In this document: positions 55,641 to 64,000 of the stretch, piece after piece
Position numbering within the stretch: the first letter of the stretch is position 1
Layout: each line of letters begins with the position of its first letter
Source: Pelodictyon luteolum
Lineage (GTDB): Bacteria > Bacteroidota > Chlorobiia > Chlorobiales > Chlorobiaceae
Length of the DNA: 64,000 nt
Reading direction: 5' to 3'
Assembly (NCBI RefSeq): GCF_001622165.1
Contig: NZ_LVWG01000035.1
Location: 20,566 to 84,565, forward strand
Program-made: the position numbers and the translations under genes
Notes under the pieces: model-generated
What the model was told of the DNA's origin: nothing
Seen by the model: the letters and a program-made list of their open reading frames with translations, nothing else
Databases searched by the model: none

Positions 55641-55880
55641 GATGAAGTGAAGTGCGGTTGTGAACTGCTGCCAGAGCTGCCCAAAAAGGGGTGAGACCCC
55701 AGCGCCGGTAACAGAGAGGTAGGCGGCGTAGAGCACCACAAAGGCTGCCGCAACCAGCACAACCTGTACGACCTTCTTCAGGATGAACATCAAAACGAAC
55801 GCAAGCACTGCGATCGAGAGCACCACAGCCACGGCGAACAGCGCAGGGTGCTGGGAAAAATATGCGACAATCTGCTCCAT
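55620..55880 (-). CDS. Hypothetical small membrane protein
   Basis: Two hydrophobic helices; directly downstream of lpxB. Confidence 0.65.
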   Translation of the reverse strand: MEQIVAYFSQHPALFAVAVVLSIAVLAFVLMFILKKVVQVVLVAAAFVVLYAAYLSVTGAGVSPLFGQLWQQFTTALHFISALFGH

Positions 55881-55918
55881 CAAGCCACTCCTCACTCCCC
55901 CCGGTAACGGGGGGGTTC

Positions 55919-57067
55919 TCATTGCTTTAGATAACCGGCGAGCACCTCGCGGACGTTCTCGGAGGGCGACAGGCTGGCAAGTCCGGAACGTGCCCGAAGC
56001 AGCTCCTCACGCATGGACCCGAGTGCCTGAGGCTCATCAAGCAGGCGCGTTGCCTCACGGAATATCCCCTCAGCCGATGCCGCACCCTGAATCAGTTCTG
56101 GAACCGCCTGCTCCGCGGCACCGAGTCCCTTTGCGACAATGTTGGCCAGCGAAATGCTCGTCAATTTCACCAGATGGCGACCGATCGTGTAGTTCAGCCA
56201 TCCGGTCCGGTAGATGACGATCATCGGCATGCCGAAGCATAGCGACTCGAGGGTCGCCGTGCCGGAAGTCACCAGGCCAAGGTCACTCTGCTGCATCACT
56301 TCATAGGCACTGCACTCCACGACCTTTACCCCCGGATGGTCCCGGAGAGCATCAAACTGCTGCGGGTCGAGCTGCGGGGCCCGGCCGAGCAAAAAAACCA
56401 CGTTACGTGTCTCAGCCAGCATTGCTGCCGCGCCGGCCATTGAGGGAAAAATGTGGGCAAGCTCCTGGCGGCGGCTGCCGGGAAGGAGACCGACAAGGAG
56501 GGTGCCGTCCGATATGCCGTGACGGCGCAAGAACGCCTCCTTCGGCTCACCCGGCACCTCCTGAAGCTCCTCCACCACCGGACTGCCGACGAACTCGGCC
56601 TTTATGCCGTGCCGGAGGAAGAAGTCGACCTCAAAACGGAATATGACGAGCAGGCGGTCGACATACTGCCGTATCGCCTCCACCCTGCGCTCCTTCCAGG
56701 CCCAGACCTGGGGGGAGATGTAGTATACCACAGGGATTCCCTGTTCATGCAGGAACTTTGCAAGCATGAGGTTCATGCCCGGATAGTCGACAAGCAGCGC
56801 CACATCGGGTTTTTCACGGACGATGGCCGCCTTGATGTCACGGATTGCCCTACGAAGGAATCGCGCGTGCAGGAGCACGTCGACAAAGCCCATGATGCTC
56901 ATCTGCCGGGTATCGTACAGCAGACGGGCGCCGAGCGCCTTCAGCCTGTCTCCCCCCACACCGAACACCTCTGTTTGAGGGGCCAGCTCAAGCAGCTTTG
57001 CCACCGGACCCGATGCATGCAGGTCGCCGGATACTTCGCCGGCAAGGACAAACAGCTTCTTTGGCAT
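55919..57067 (-). CDS. lpxB: Lipid-A-disaccharide synthase
   Basis: AGEVSGD, VDYPGMN, YYISPQVWAW, LLPGSR, TSGTATLE. Confidence 0.97.
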   Translation of the reverse strand: MPKKLFVLAGEVSGDLHASGPVAKLLELAPQTEVFGVGGDRLKALGARLLYDTRQMSIMGFVDVLLHARFLRRAIRDIKAAIVREKPDVALLVDYPGMNLMLAKFLHEQGIPVVYYISPQVWAWKERRVEAIRQYVDRLLVIFRFEVDFFLRHGIKAEFVGSPVVEELQEVPGEPKEAFLRRHGISDGTLLVGLLPGSRRQELAHIFPSMAGAAAMLAETRNVVFLLGRAPQLDPQQFDALRDHPGVKVVECSAYEVMQQSDLGLVTSGTATLESLCFGMPMIVIYRTGWLNYTIGRHLVKLTSISLANIVAKGLGAAEQAVPELIQGAASAEGIFREATRLLDEPQALGSMREELLRARSGLASLSPSENVREVLAGYLKQ

Positions 57068-57136
57068 CAATGAGGGATCAATGATTAATCAATGAGGGAG
57101 GATTGATGAAGGATTGACAATGATGAGGGAAGATTG
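57067..57136. repeat. Degenerate 11-bp-period repeat upstream of lpxB
   Basis: TCAATGAGGGA TCAATGATTAA TCAATGAGGGA GGATTGATGAA GGATTGACAAT GATGAGGGAAG. Confidence 0.65.
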
Positions 57137-57238
57137 CTCCGGAACATTGTATGTACGGGGGGGAAACTGTATTTTGTGAAAGATTTTAGGGAATCCATCA
57201 CGGATTTTCATTTCCCATTATATTAAAAACGATACAGA

Positions 57239-58621
57239 ATGCAAGTCAAATTCGGCACTGACGGATGGAGAGCGATCATTGCAAAAGACTATACTTTCGA
57301 CAACCTTAAACTCGCAGCACTCGCCAGCGCACGCTATTTCCTGAACCACCCGCTGAAGGCAAAAGGGGTCTGCATCGGCTACGACACCCGCTTCATGTCA
57401 AAGGAGTTTGCCCGTTACACCGCCGAGGTGTTCTCCTCACAGGGCCTCAGGGTGTTTCTTGCCGACAGCTTCGCTTCAACGCCGGCCGTCTCGCTCTACA
57501 CCAAAGCCAAGCAGCTGGCCGGTGGCATCGTCATCACCGCATCGCACAACCCCGCCATATACAACGGATTCAAGGTCAAGGCCTCCTACGGCGGCCCGGC
57601 CAGCCCGGAAGTGATCTCTGAGATCGAGTCCTATCTGCCGCTTGTCGATCCTGCTGCGGACATCAAGGCGGACCCGAAGCTTATCGAACCGGTCGACATG
57701 AAAGGATTCTATGTCAACTACCTCGAAGCCCACATCGACCTCAAGCTGATCCGGCAGTCACGCATCAAGATCGCTCACAACGCCATGTACGGCGCTGGTC
57801 AGGACATCATCACCCGCCTTTTCGACGAGTCAATGGTGAACTGCTACCACTGCAGCCAGAACCCCGGCTTCGGCGGCATCAACCCCGAACCGATTCCCCC
57901 CTACATTGAAGAGTTCGTTGAATTCTTCCGCGAGGTGGAGACCGATGTGGCCATCATCAACGACGGTGACGCAGACCGCATCGGCATGCTTGATGAAAAA
58001 GGGGAGTTCGTCGACTCCCACAAGCTCTTTGCCATCATCCTGAAAGACCTTGTCGAAGAGAAGCACCAGCATGGCGAAGTGGCAAAGACCTTTGCGTTGA
58101 CGGATGTCATCGACAGGATCTGCAAGAAACACGGCCTCATGATGCATGAGCTGCCGGTCGGATTCAAGTATGTCAGCACCCTCATGGCTACCCGCGACAT
58201 CCTCATCGGCGGCGAAGAGTCCGGAGGCATCGGCATCACGGCATTTCTTCCCGAACGCGACGGCATCTATATCGGCCTGCTCATCCTCGAAATGATGGCC
58301 CGCAAGGAAAAGACCCTCTCACAGCTTGTACAGGAGCTCTACGACGAGTACGGCTTCTTTGCATACCGCCGGCTCGATCTCCATGTCAGCGATGTGAAGA
58401 AACAGGCAATCATCGACAAAGCGGCAACGGGTACCCTTCCCTCGATTGCCGGCTACCCTGTCGTGAAGTTCAGCGATCTGGACGGCTACAAATACCATTT
58501 TGAAGGAGGATGGATGCTGATCCGACCCTCAGGCACGGAACCGATCCTCAGGATCTACTGCGAAGCCGACTCCCGGGAAAAGGTTGAAAAGGTGCTCGCT
58601 TTCACTTCAAAACTCGCCTGA
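57239..58621 (+). CDS. Phosphoglucomutase/phosphomannomutase family protein
   Basis: KFGTDGWR, TASHNP, NDGDADR, GGEESGG, RPSGTEP. Confidence 0.95.
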   Translation: MQVKFGTDGWRAIIAKDYTFDNLKLAALASARYFLNHPLKAKGVCIGYDTRFMSKEFARYTAEVFSSQGLRVFLADSFASTPAVSLYTKAKQLAGGIVITASHNPAIYNGFKVKASYGGPASPEVISEIESYLPLVDPAADIKADPKLIEPVDMKGFYVNYLEAHIDLKLIRQSRIKIAHNAMYGAGQDIITRLFDESMVNCYHCSQNPGFGGINPEPIPPYIEEFVEFFREVETDVAIINDGDADRIGMLDEKGEFVDSHKLFAIILKDLVEEKHQHGEVAKTFALTDVIDRICKKHGLMMHELPVGFKYVSTLMATRDILIGGEESGGIGITAFLPERDGIYIGLLILEMMARKEKTLSQLVQELYDEYGFFAYRRLDLHVSDVKKQAIIDKAATGTLPSIAGYPVVKFSDLDGYKYHFEGGWMLIRPSGTEPILRIYCEADSREKVEKVLAFTSKLA

Positions 58622-58695
58622 GCGACCATCGAGGGCGGCGCATACGGAGGGCACCGCCCTCGAAACATAGAACAGGTCCTTAGGGGACAGGACAG

Positions 58696-59238
58696 ATGAC
58701 ACCGAGGGAAGAACAGTTCAGGGACATCGTACAAGAGCACCAGGAGATGGTGGTGAATACCTGTTACCGTTTCGTCTTCAACCGCGAGGACGCGGAAGAC
58801 ATTGCCCAGGACGTGTTTATAGAAGTGCACCGTTCGCTGGAACGGTTCAGGGAGGACTCGAAGCTCTCAACCTGGATCTACCGCATTGCCGTCACCAAAT
58901 CCCTCGACCACCTCCGCCGGCTGAAACGTAAAAAACGGTTCAGTTCGCTGAAGCGGATGATTGGAGCGGAAGATCCGGCAATCAACATCGCGGCCCCTTC
59001 GAGGGACAACCCCGAAGAGGCCCTTGAGGACAACGAACGCATACAGGTGCTGCAAGTGGCACTCGATGCCCTGCCCGACAGCCAGAAAACCGCATTCCTG
59101 CTCAGCAAGCAGGACGGATACAGCAATCAGGAGATCGCCGACATCATGGAAACGTCGGTCTCGGCGGTGGAATCCCTGGTGCACCGGGCAAAGAAAAAGC
59201 TGCAGGAGCTGCTTGAGGACTATTACCGGCGCCACTGA
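58696..59238 (+). CDS. ECF-family RNA polymerase sigma factor
   Basis: [27 protein letters not shown], region 4 [26 protein letters not shown]. Confidence 0.95.
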   Translation: MTPREEQFRDIVQEHQEMVVNTCYRFVFNREDAEDIAQDVFIEVHRSLERFREDSKLSTWIYRIAVTKSLDHLRRLKRKKRFSSLKRMIGAEDPAINIAAPSRDNPEEALEDNERIQVLQVALDALPDSQKTAFLLSKQDGYSNQEIADIMETSVSAVESLVHRAKKKLQELLEDYYRRH

Positions 59239-59309
59239 AATGAAGGTGTGCGAGCCAGCACAAGTTTTTTACAGACCTGTCGTCAAATAAAAGAAACACC
59301 AAGGATACG

Positions 59310-59711
59310 ATGCCCCGAATGAGCCATAACGACATGCATACAAGAGAAGAAGTGAAGAGGACCATGGCCGTCCTTGATGGAATCCGGCCGATCGAGGTGC
59401 ACCCCGGTTTCCGGGTGCGGCTGATGCAGCGCATAGAGGAGGAATCGAATGCCGGCGCCCTTACTGCCAACGGCATCGCGTCCCGGTTGAACTACCGGTT
59501 CGCCCTCATGCTTCTGCTCATCATCATCAATCTGGGCTCCGCACTGGTCGTTCTGCTCCAGAACGCAGGCGACTCAGCTCCGGCCATCAGCGAAATACTG
59601 GGGAATTTCGGCGATGAGTATTCAAGTTCAACGTTTGCCTATTACCAGGAGCCGGCCCCCTACGCCGGGGAACCCCTCGAAGCAGCACCTGCAGACCTGC
59701 AGGCTCCCTGA
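59310..59711 (+). CDS. Putative single-pass anti-sigma factor-like protein
   Basis: Directly after the ECF sigma; PGFRVRLMQRI cytoplasmic segment, one TM helix. Confidence 0.65.
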   Translation: MPRMSHNDMHTREEVKRTMAVLDGIRPIEVHPGFRVRLMQRIEEESNAGALTANGIASRLNYRFALMLLLIIINLGSALVVLLQNAGDSAPAISEILGNFGDEYSSSTFAYYQEPAPYAGEPLEAAPADLQAP

Positions 59712-59782
59712 GGGGAGCTCCGCCACAAACGGATGGCGTCCCCCCCCCTGCCGGGCACCCTCAACATGACTTCACCGATACC

Positions 59783-60298
59783 ATGAACTTCCTTACAACA
59801 AAACGGCTCGTTACCACTGCCCTCATCCTGCTCGTCATCCTGAACGTGACCCTGCTCAGCGTACTCTGGTGGCAGAACACCCATGCCCCGGCACCACGGC
59901 CGGTGACCCTCACCCGCGAGGTGAGCCGGCAGATCTACTTCCAGCTCCCGCTCTCCCTCAGCCGCAGACAGGTTGCCGACTTCAGGGAGCTCCGCCGTCA
60001 GCACTTCCAGACAGTCCGCCCCCAGATACAGGCCATCGGATCACTGAAGCAGCAGCTTGTAGAAGAGTCCTTCAAGGAGGCCCCCGACACCATGAAGATC
60101 ACCGCGCTTGCCACAGAGCTCGGCAACCACCAGGCGGTAATAGAGCGTGAACTCGCCCATCACTTCCATGAACTCGCAATGACCTGCACGCCCGCCCAGC
60201 GTGACTCACTCAAATCCATGCTCGGACAGCTCGCAATCCGCAAAATCACCATGCACGAAGAGCACTGGCGGAGCACTCCGGCTGAAGCAACCCGGTAA
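59783..60298 (+). CDS. Spy/CpxP/ZraP-like periplasmic heavy-metal sensor family protein
   Basis: N-terminal anchor; LSLSRRQ and CTPAQR (LTxxQ-like) motifs; His-rich helices. Confidence 0.75.
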   Translation: MNFLTTKRLVTTALILLVILNVTLLSVLWWQNTHAPAPRPVTLTREVSRQIYFQLPLSLSRRQVADFRELRRQHFQTVRPQIQAIGSLKQQLVEESFKEAPDTMKITALATELGNHQAVIERELAHHFHELAMTCTPAQRDSLKSMLGQLAIRKITMHEEHWRSTPAEATR

Positions 60299-60326
60299 AA
60301 CAGCGACCAACCCACTCCTAAACAAC

Positions 60327-61148
60327 ATGAAAAAAGTTCTCAACTGGCGCATCTTCATCAGCCTCGGGCTCGTCACCTCGTTTATGATGCTCCTCGTCTC
60401 CGGCATCGTGCTCTTCATCGCCCCTCCCGGAAGGGTGGCGAACTGGACCGGATGGCAGCTTCTCGCTCTCAGCAAGAGCGAATGGCAGGACCAGCATACC
60501 ATTTTCGGATTCACCTTCGCCCTGCTGTCGGTGTTCCACCTCTTCGTCATCAACTGGAAGGCGTTTGTCAGTTACATCAAGGCCAAAGCCACCAGCGGGC
60601 TCAGCCATCCGCTTGAGCTCGTATCCATTCTCCTGCTCACCATCCTTTTCGGTGTCGGAACCGCACAGCACATGCAGCCGTTCTCAGCTATCACCACGCT
60701 TGGCGAACAGCTTAAAGGATCATGGGAAAGCAGCATCAGGCAGCCACCCGTCGCCCATGCCGAAACAATGACGCTTGAAGAGCTCGCCCAGCAGCCCTCT
60801 GTCGGCAAAAGCGCAGAAGAGATCCTCGAAACCCTCCAGAAAGCCGGCCTTAAGGCGTCCTCAACATCCGAAACCCTCGGTGAAATAGCCCGAAAGAGCG
60901 GCATCTCGGCCGAGCAGGCATACCAGCTCCTTGCCCCGGCGAACAAGGAACTGCAGAAAGAGGGGTTCGGCAGAAAGACACTGCTTGAGGTAGCCGAAGA
61001 AAACGGCGTTTCGGCTGCATCGCTGCAGCTCGCCCTTGAAGCGAAGGGTATGAAGGCAGAGCCATCAGACAGCATGAGAAGCATTGCCGAATCCAACGGC
61101 ATCAGCGTTCAGGAACTGCGCCAGCGTGTAGAGGAAATCCTGCGCTAG
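60327..61148 (+). CDS. DUF4405-domain membrane protein with repeated C-terminal modules
   Basis: [31 protein letters not shown]; four TL.EIA...G.S..L-like repeats. Confidence 0.75.
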   Translation: MKKVLNWRIFISLGLVTSFMMLLVSGIVLFIAPPGRVANWTGWQLLALSKSEWQDQHTIFGFTFALLSVFHLFVINWKAFVSYIKAKATSGLSHPLELVSILLLTILFGVGTAQHMQPFSAITTLGEQLKGSWESSIRQPPVAHAETMTLEELAQQPSVGKSAEEILETLQKAGLKASSTSETLGEIARKSGISAEQAYQLLAPANKELQKEGFGRKTLLEVAEENGVSAASLQLALEAKGMKAEPSDSMRSIAESNGISVQELRQRVEEILR

Positions 61149-62665
61149 ATGCGCCGGATCCTGCCTCGCAGTTTTTCGATGAGGAGCCCGGATTCCTGAG
61201 GAAACATGAGGGCAGAAAAGAGCACGTAGAGACCGAGCAGTGCGATTTTGAAGCCGGGTCCAACCCAGGGCCCGGCAGGAAGGAACACAATGGCAGACAT
61301 GCCGACCCAGCCGGCCCCGATACCCCCGACAAGCAGGAGTGAAAGTTTCCCCCAGTCATGCTGCACCGGGTATGCACGCAGGGAATAATAGGCCATCATC
61401 ATGCACATCACCACCGTACCGGCAACGATGGCATAAGCCGCCCCCTCCATCCCCGAAACGGGAATCAGCCACCAGCAGAAAAAGCCGGTCACCGATGCTC
61501 CGGCAAAGGTCACGACCGGGAGGTACCGGGTCGTCCCTGTGATGAGGATACCGGCCGAGAGGTTTGTTGAAACCATGTCGAACACATAGCTCAGAAAAAT
61601 CCACGGCAGCACCGAAAGACCTATCCAGTAGCCCGGCGGCAGCAGGTAGAGTGAACCCCCGTAGTGGTAACGAACCAGGTCCGGAACGAAAAAGGTCGCT
61701 GCAAGCGCCATGAACATGGTAAGCATGGTCGAAATGCTGAGCACGTGGCGGAACAAGCGTTTGGCGTCGGGGTCGCTGGAGTGCTGGAGGAAAAACGGCT
61801 GCCATGCGAACCTGAACACCTGGATAAACAGCTGCAGCACCACCCCGAACGCTACTACCCTGCCGTAGATACCCACCACATCGGAGGCCTCGAGCCCTTT
61901 GCCATATATCCTCTCGATATCGCCCGAGGGCATGCGGATCAGGATGTTGCGGTCTATGAGGTGTATGAGGAGGCCTGCAATGCCGGTCGGCACATAGGGA
62001 AGTCCGATACGAAGCATATCGCGAAGGTCGGCGAAAGAGAACGCCGCCCGAAGGCGCCGGAGGACGGGAATGAGCAGGATGAGGGTAAGGAGGGAACCAA
62101 GAATATTGGAGAGAAATGCACCGCCGAGGCCCGCCTGCAGGGGCCCGAGGAGGATGAAGGCACTGATGACAACGGCCACGACGCCCGCGATGCGCGCCAC
62201 GGCAAATCGCACCGCCTGGCGCTTGAGGCGAAGCTCTGCAAAAGGAATCACAAGCAGGGTGTCGATCCAGAGAATCACGGCCGCATAGCGGATGAATGGC
62301 TGCTCGGCGGGCGAGAGGCCGATCATGGAGGAAACCGATGGAGCCAGCAGAAAGAGTATCGCGGTAAAAAGGGTTGCGGTCGTAAAGAGTGAGATGAAGG
62401 CCGTCGAGAACAGGCCCCGCTCATCCTTCTGCAGGCGGATCGCATCGGAAGCTGTCTTCAGGTACGAGGTTTCAAGCCCGTAGGAAAAGATGACGTTGGC
62501 GATGGCGATATTGGCGTACACCAGGGTCTGGATGCCGTTGTCGAAGGTAGAGAGCTGGTTGGCATAGAGCGGGACGAGCAGATAGTTGAGGCTGCGGGCC
62601 AGAATGGTGCTCGTCCCGTAGATGACGGTATCCTTGAAGAGAAGCTTGAGCTTTCCAAGCAGCAT
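61145..62665 (-). CDS. Polysaccharide biosynthesis / flippase (Wzx-like) protein
   Basis: [36 protein letters not shown]; about 12-14 TM segments. Confidence 0.85.
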   Translation of the reverse strand: MLLGKLKLLFKDTVIYGTSTILARSLNYLLVPLYANQLSTFDNGIQTLVYANIAIANVIFSYGLETSYLKTASDAIRLQKDERGLFSTAFISLFTTATLFTAILFLLAPSVSSMIGLSPAEQPFIRYAAVILWIDTLLVIPFAELRLKRQAVRFAVARIAGVVAVVISAFILLGPLQAGLGGAFLSNILGSLLTLILLIPVLRRLRAAFSFADLRDMLRIGLPYVPTGIAGLLIHLIDRNILIRMPSGDIERIYGKGLEASDVVGIYGRVVAFGVVLQLFIQVFRFAWQPFFLQHSSDPDAKRLFRHVLSISTMLTMFMALAATFFVPDLVRYHYGGSLYLLPPGYWIGLSVLPWIFLSYVFDMVSTNLSAGILITGTTRYLPVVTFAGASVTGFFCWWLIPVSGMEGAAYAIVAGTVVMCMMMAYYSLRAYPVQHDWGKLSLLLVGGIGAGWVGMSAIVFLPAGPWVGPGFKIALLGLYVLFSALMFPQESGLLIEKLRGRIRRI

Positions 62666-62684
62666 TGATGGTGCTCCTCTCGGC

Positions 62685-63038
62685 CTAGGCCTCTTCTGAA
62701 ACGCCGGACTTCCCGGCACCTTCCGCGCTGCCGTTTTCGGCTTCACGGCGGCGGCGCACAGCATCCGCGTCAACTTGGAACCGGCCGTCTTTCTCCATGA
62801 CGGGAATTTTCGAGATCACCTCGCGCAGGTGGGCCTGGGCCTCCTTCTGCTGCTGCTTGAGCTTTTCGAGTTCCGTGCCCGAAAGGCCGACGGGGTTGTC
62901 AGGGTCAATGAGTGAAGACTTGAAGGATTCAATTTCCAGAGACTGCTCCTTTTTCATGTACCCGACGAACTTCCTGAGCAGAAAGATGAAGAAAAAAAAC
63001 ACCAGCAGCGAAAACACCATGATGGGGATCCAGCTCAT
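62685..63038 (-). CDS. Hypothetical single-pass membrane protein
   Basis: N-terminal TM helix, then a charged coiled-coil-like region. Confidence 0.7.
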   Translation of the reverse strand: MSWIPIMVFSLLVFFFFIFLLRKFVGYMKKEQSLEIESFKSSLIDPDNPVGLSGTELEKLKQQQKEAQAHLREVISKIPVMEKDGRFQVDADAVRRRREAENGSAEGAGKSGVSEEA

Positions 63039-63151
63039 AATCGCAGCACTCTGTTTGATGAAGAAAACGGTAGTTATTGCAATGTAGCCGATATTCCTTT
63101 TTATTGAAAGTACAACTCAGGTTCTTTTGGCGAACCCCGCAAGACAAATCC

Positions 63152-64000
63152 ATGAATCGAGCAGCAGCCCCCGATACCATCACCGAAAAAGGCCGCCGGA
63201 TCCTCCTGCAGGAAGCAGGAGCCATCAGCCGGATGGCCGAACGCCTCGACGACAGTTTTTCAAGTGCAGTGAGCCTTCTTGCAGGCTGCAAAGGCAAGAT
63301 CATCATATCCGGCATGGGCAAGTCGGGCATCATCGGCCAGAAAATGGCGGCCACCATGTCCTCGACCGGATCGACGGCAGTCTTCCTCCACCCGGCCGAA
63401 GCCGCCCACGGTGACCTTGGCATCGTCCAGAAGGAAGATGTTGTCATCGGCCTGTCCAAAAGCGGCACCACCGAGGAGCTGAACTTCATCATTCCCCCGC
63501 TCCGTCAGATCGGGGTAAAAATCATCGCCCTGACCGGAAGCCGTCGTTCTTTCCTCGGTGAAAACGCTGACATCACGCTCGACACCGGCATCGACACGGA
63601 AGCCTGTCCCTACGATCTGGCGCCGACCACCTCCACAACAGCCATGCTCGCCATGGGAGACGCCCTGGCCATTGCCCTCATGGAGGAAAAACAGTTTACA
63701 CAACGCGACTTTGCCCTCAGCCACCCAAAAGGGGCGCTAGGACGGCGCCTGACCGTCCGTGTCAGCGACATCATGGCAAAGGGAGATGCGGTACCAGTGG
63801 TTCACGAAAGCGCATCCATTGCTGAGCTGATCCTTGAAATGACCTCCAAGCGTTACGGAGTCAGTGCCGTTGTTGATAGCGATGGTCGCCTGAAAGGGAT
63901 CTTCACCGACGGCGACCTCCGCCGCCTTGTCCAGAAAGGCGAAGAGTTCCTCTCCCACAGCGCAGGAGAGGTCATGACGGCAGGCGCAAAAACCGCCGGG
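63152..64000 (+). CDS. kdsD: KpsF/GutQ arabinose-5-phosphate isomerase (3' end runs off the window)
   Basis: Manual translation MNRAAAPD...ISGMGKSGIIG, FLHPAEAAHGDLG, LSKSG.T.E, APTTSTTAMLAMGDALA, HPKGALG, CBS domain. Confidence 0.93.
   Translation, partial: MNRAAAPDTITEKGRRILLQEAGAISRMAERLDDSFSSAVSLLAGCKGKIIISGMGKSGIIGQKMAATMSSTGSTAVFLHPAEAAHGDLGIVQKEDVVIGLSKSGTTEELNFIIPPLRQIGVKIIALTGSRRSFLGENADITLDTGIDTEACPYDLAPTTSTTAMLAMGDALAIALMEEKQFTQRDFALSHPKGALGRRLTVRVSDIMAKGDAVPVVHESASIAELILEMTSKRYGVSAVVDSDGRLKGIFTDGDLRRLVQKGEEFLSHSAGEVMTAGAKTAG

Overview
Core-genome window (roughly 55-60% GC) of a green sulfur bacterium (Chlorobiaceae; Chlorobium/Pelodictyon-like, judged from crtC-petC-petB, a CruA-family lycopene cyclase and the overall gene set). 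It holds about 63 protein-coding genes and one tRNA-Phe. Housekeeping genes: ppx, Sua5, rluB, scpB, hisA/H/I, menG, ligA, gltX, ftsH, HU, apt, mtaB, rodA, era, rpsA, cmk, ychF, murI, ispH, lpxB, PGM/PMM, kdsD. Energy and pigment genes: NfnAB-like pair, petCB, crtC, cruA, a GltD/SfrB-like flavo-FeS protein. Other modules: an arsenic cluster (arsR-trx-arsP-arsC-acr3), a modD-modABC operon and an ECF-sigma/Spy-like module. I found no CRISPR array, transposase, integrase, prophage or rRNA. Best leads, all hypotheses from reading the sequence: (1) a porin gene with the same ModE-type box as modDABC, a candidate molybdate-regulated porin; (2) a coiled-coil plus winged-helix protein next to an AT-rich array of 11-bp direct repeats, a candidate silencer or nucleoid protein; (3) a structured intergenic element plus an (AG)7(CG)6 tract between convergent terminators; (4) ispH coupled to an orphan flavo-FeS reductase; (5) the ECF/Spy/DUF4405 module with LysM-like repeats. 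Several start codons were moved to the most plausible ATG relative to the supplied ORF track.
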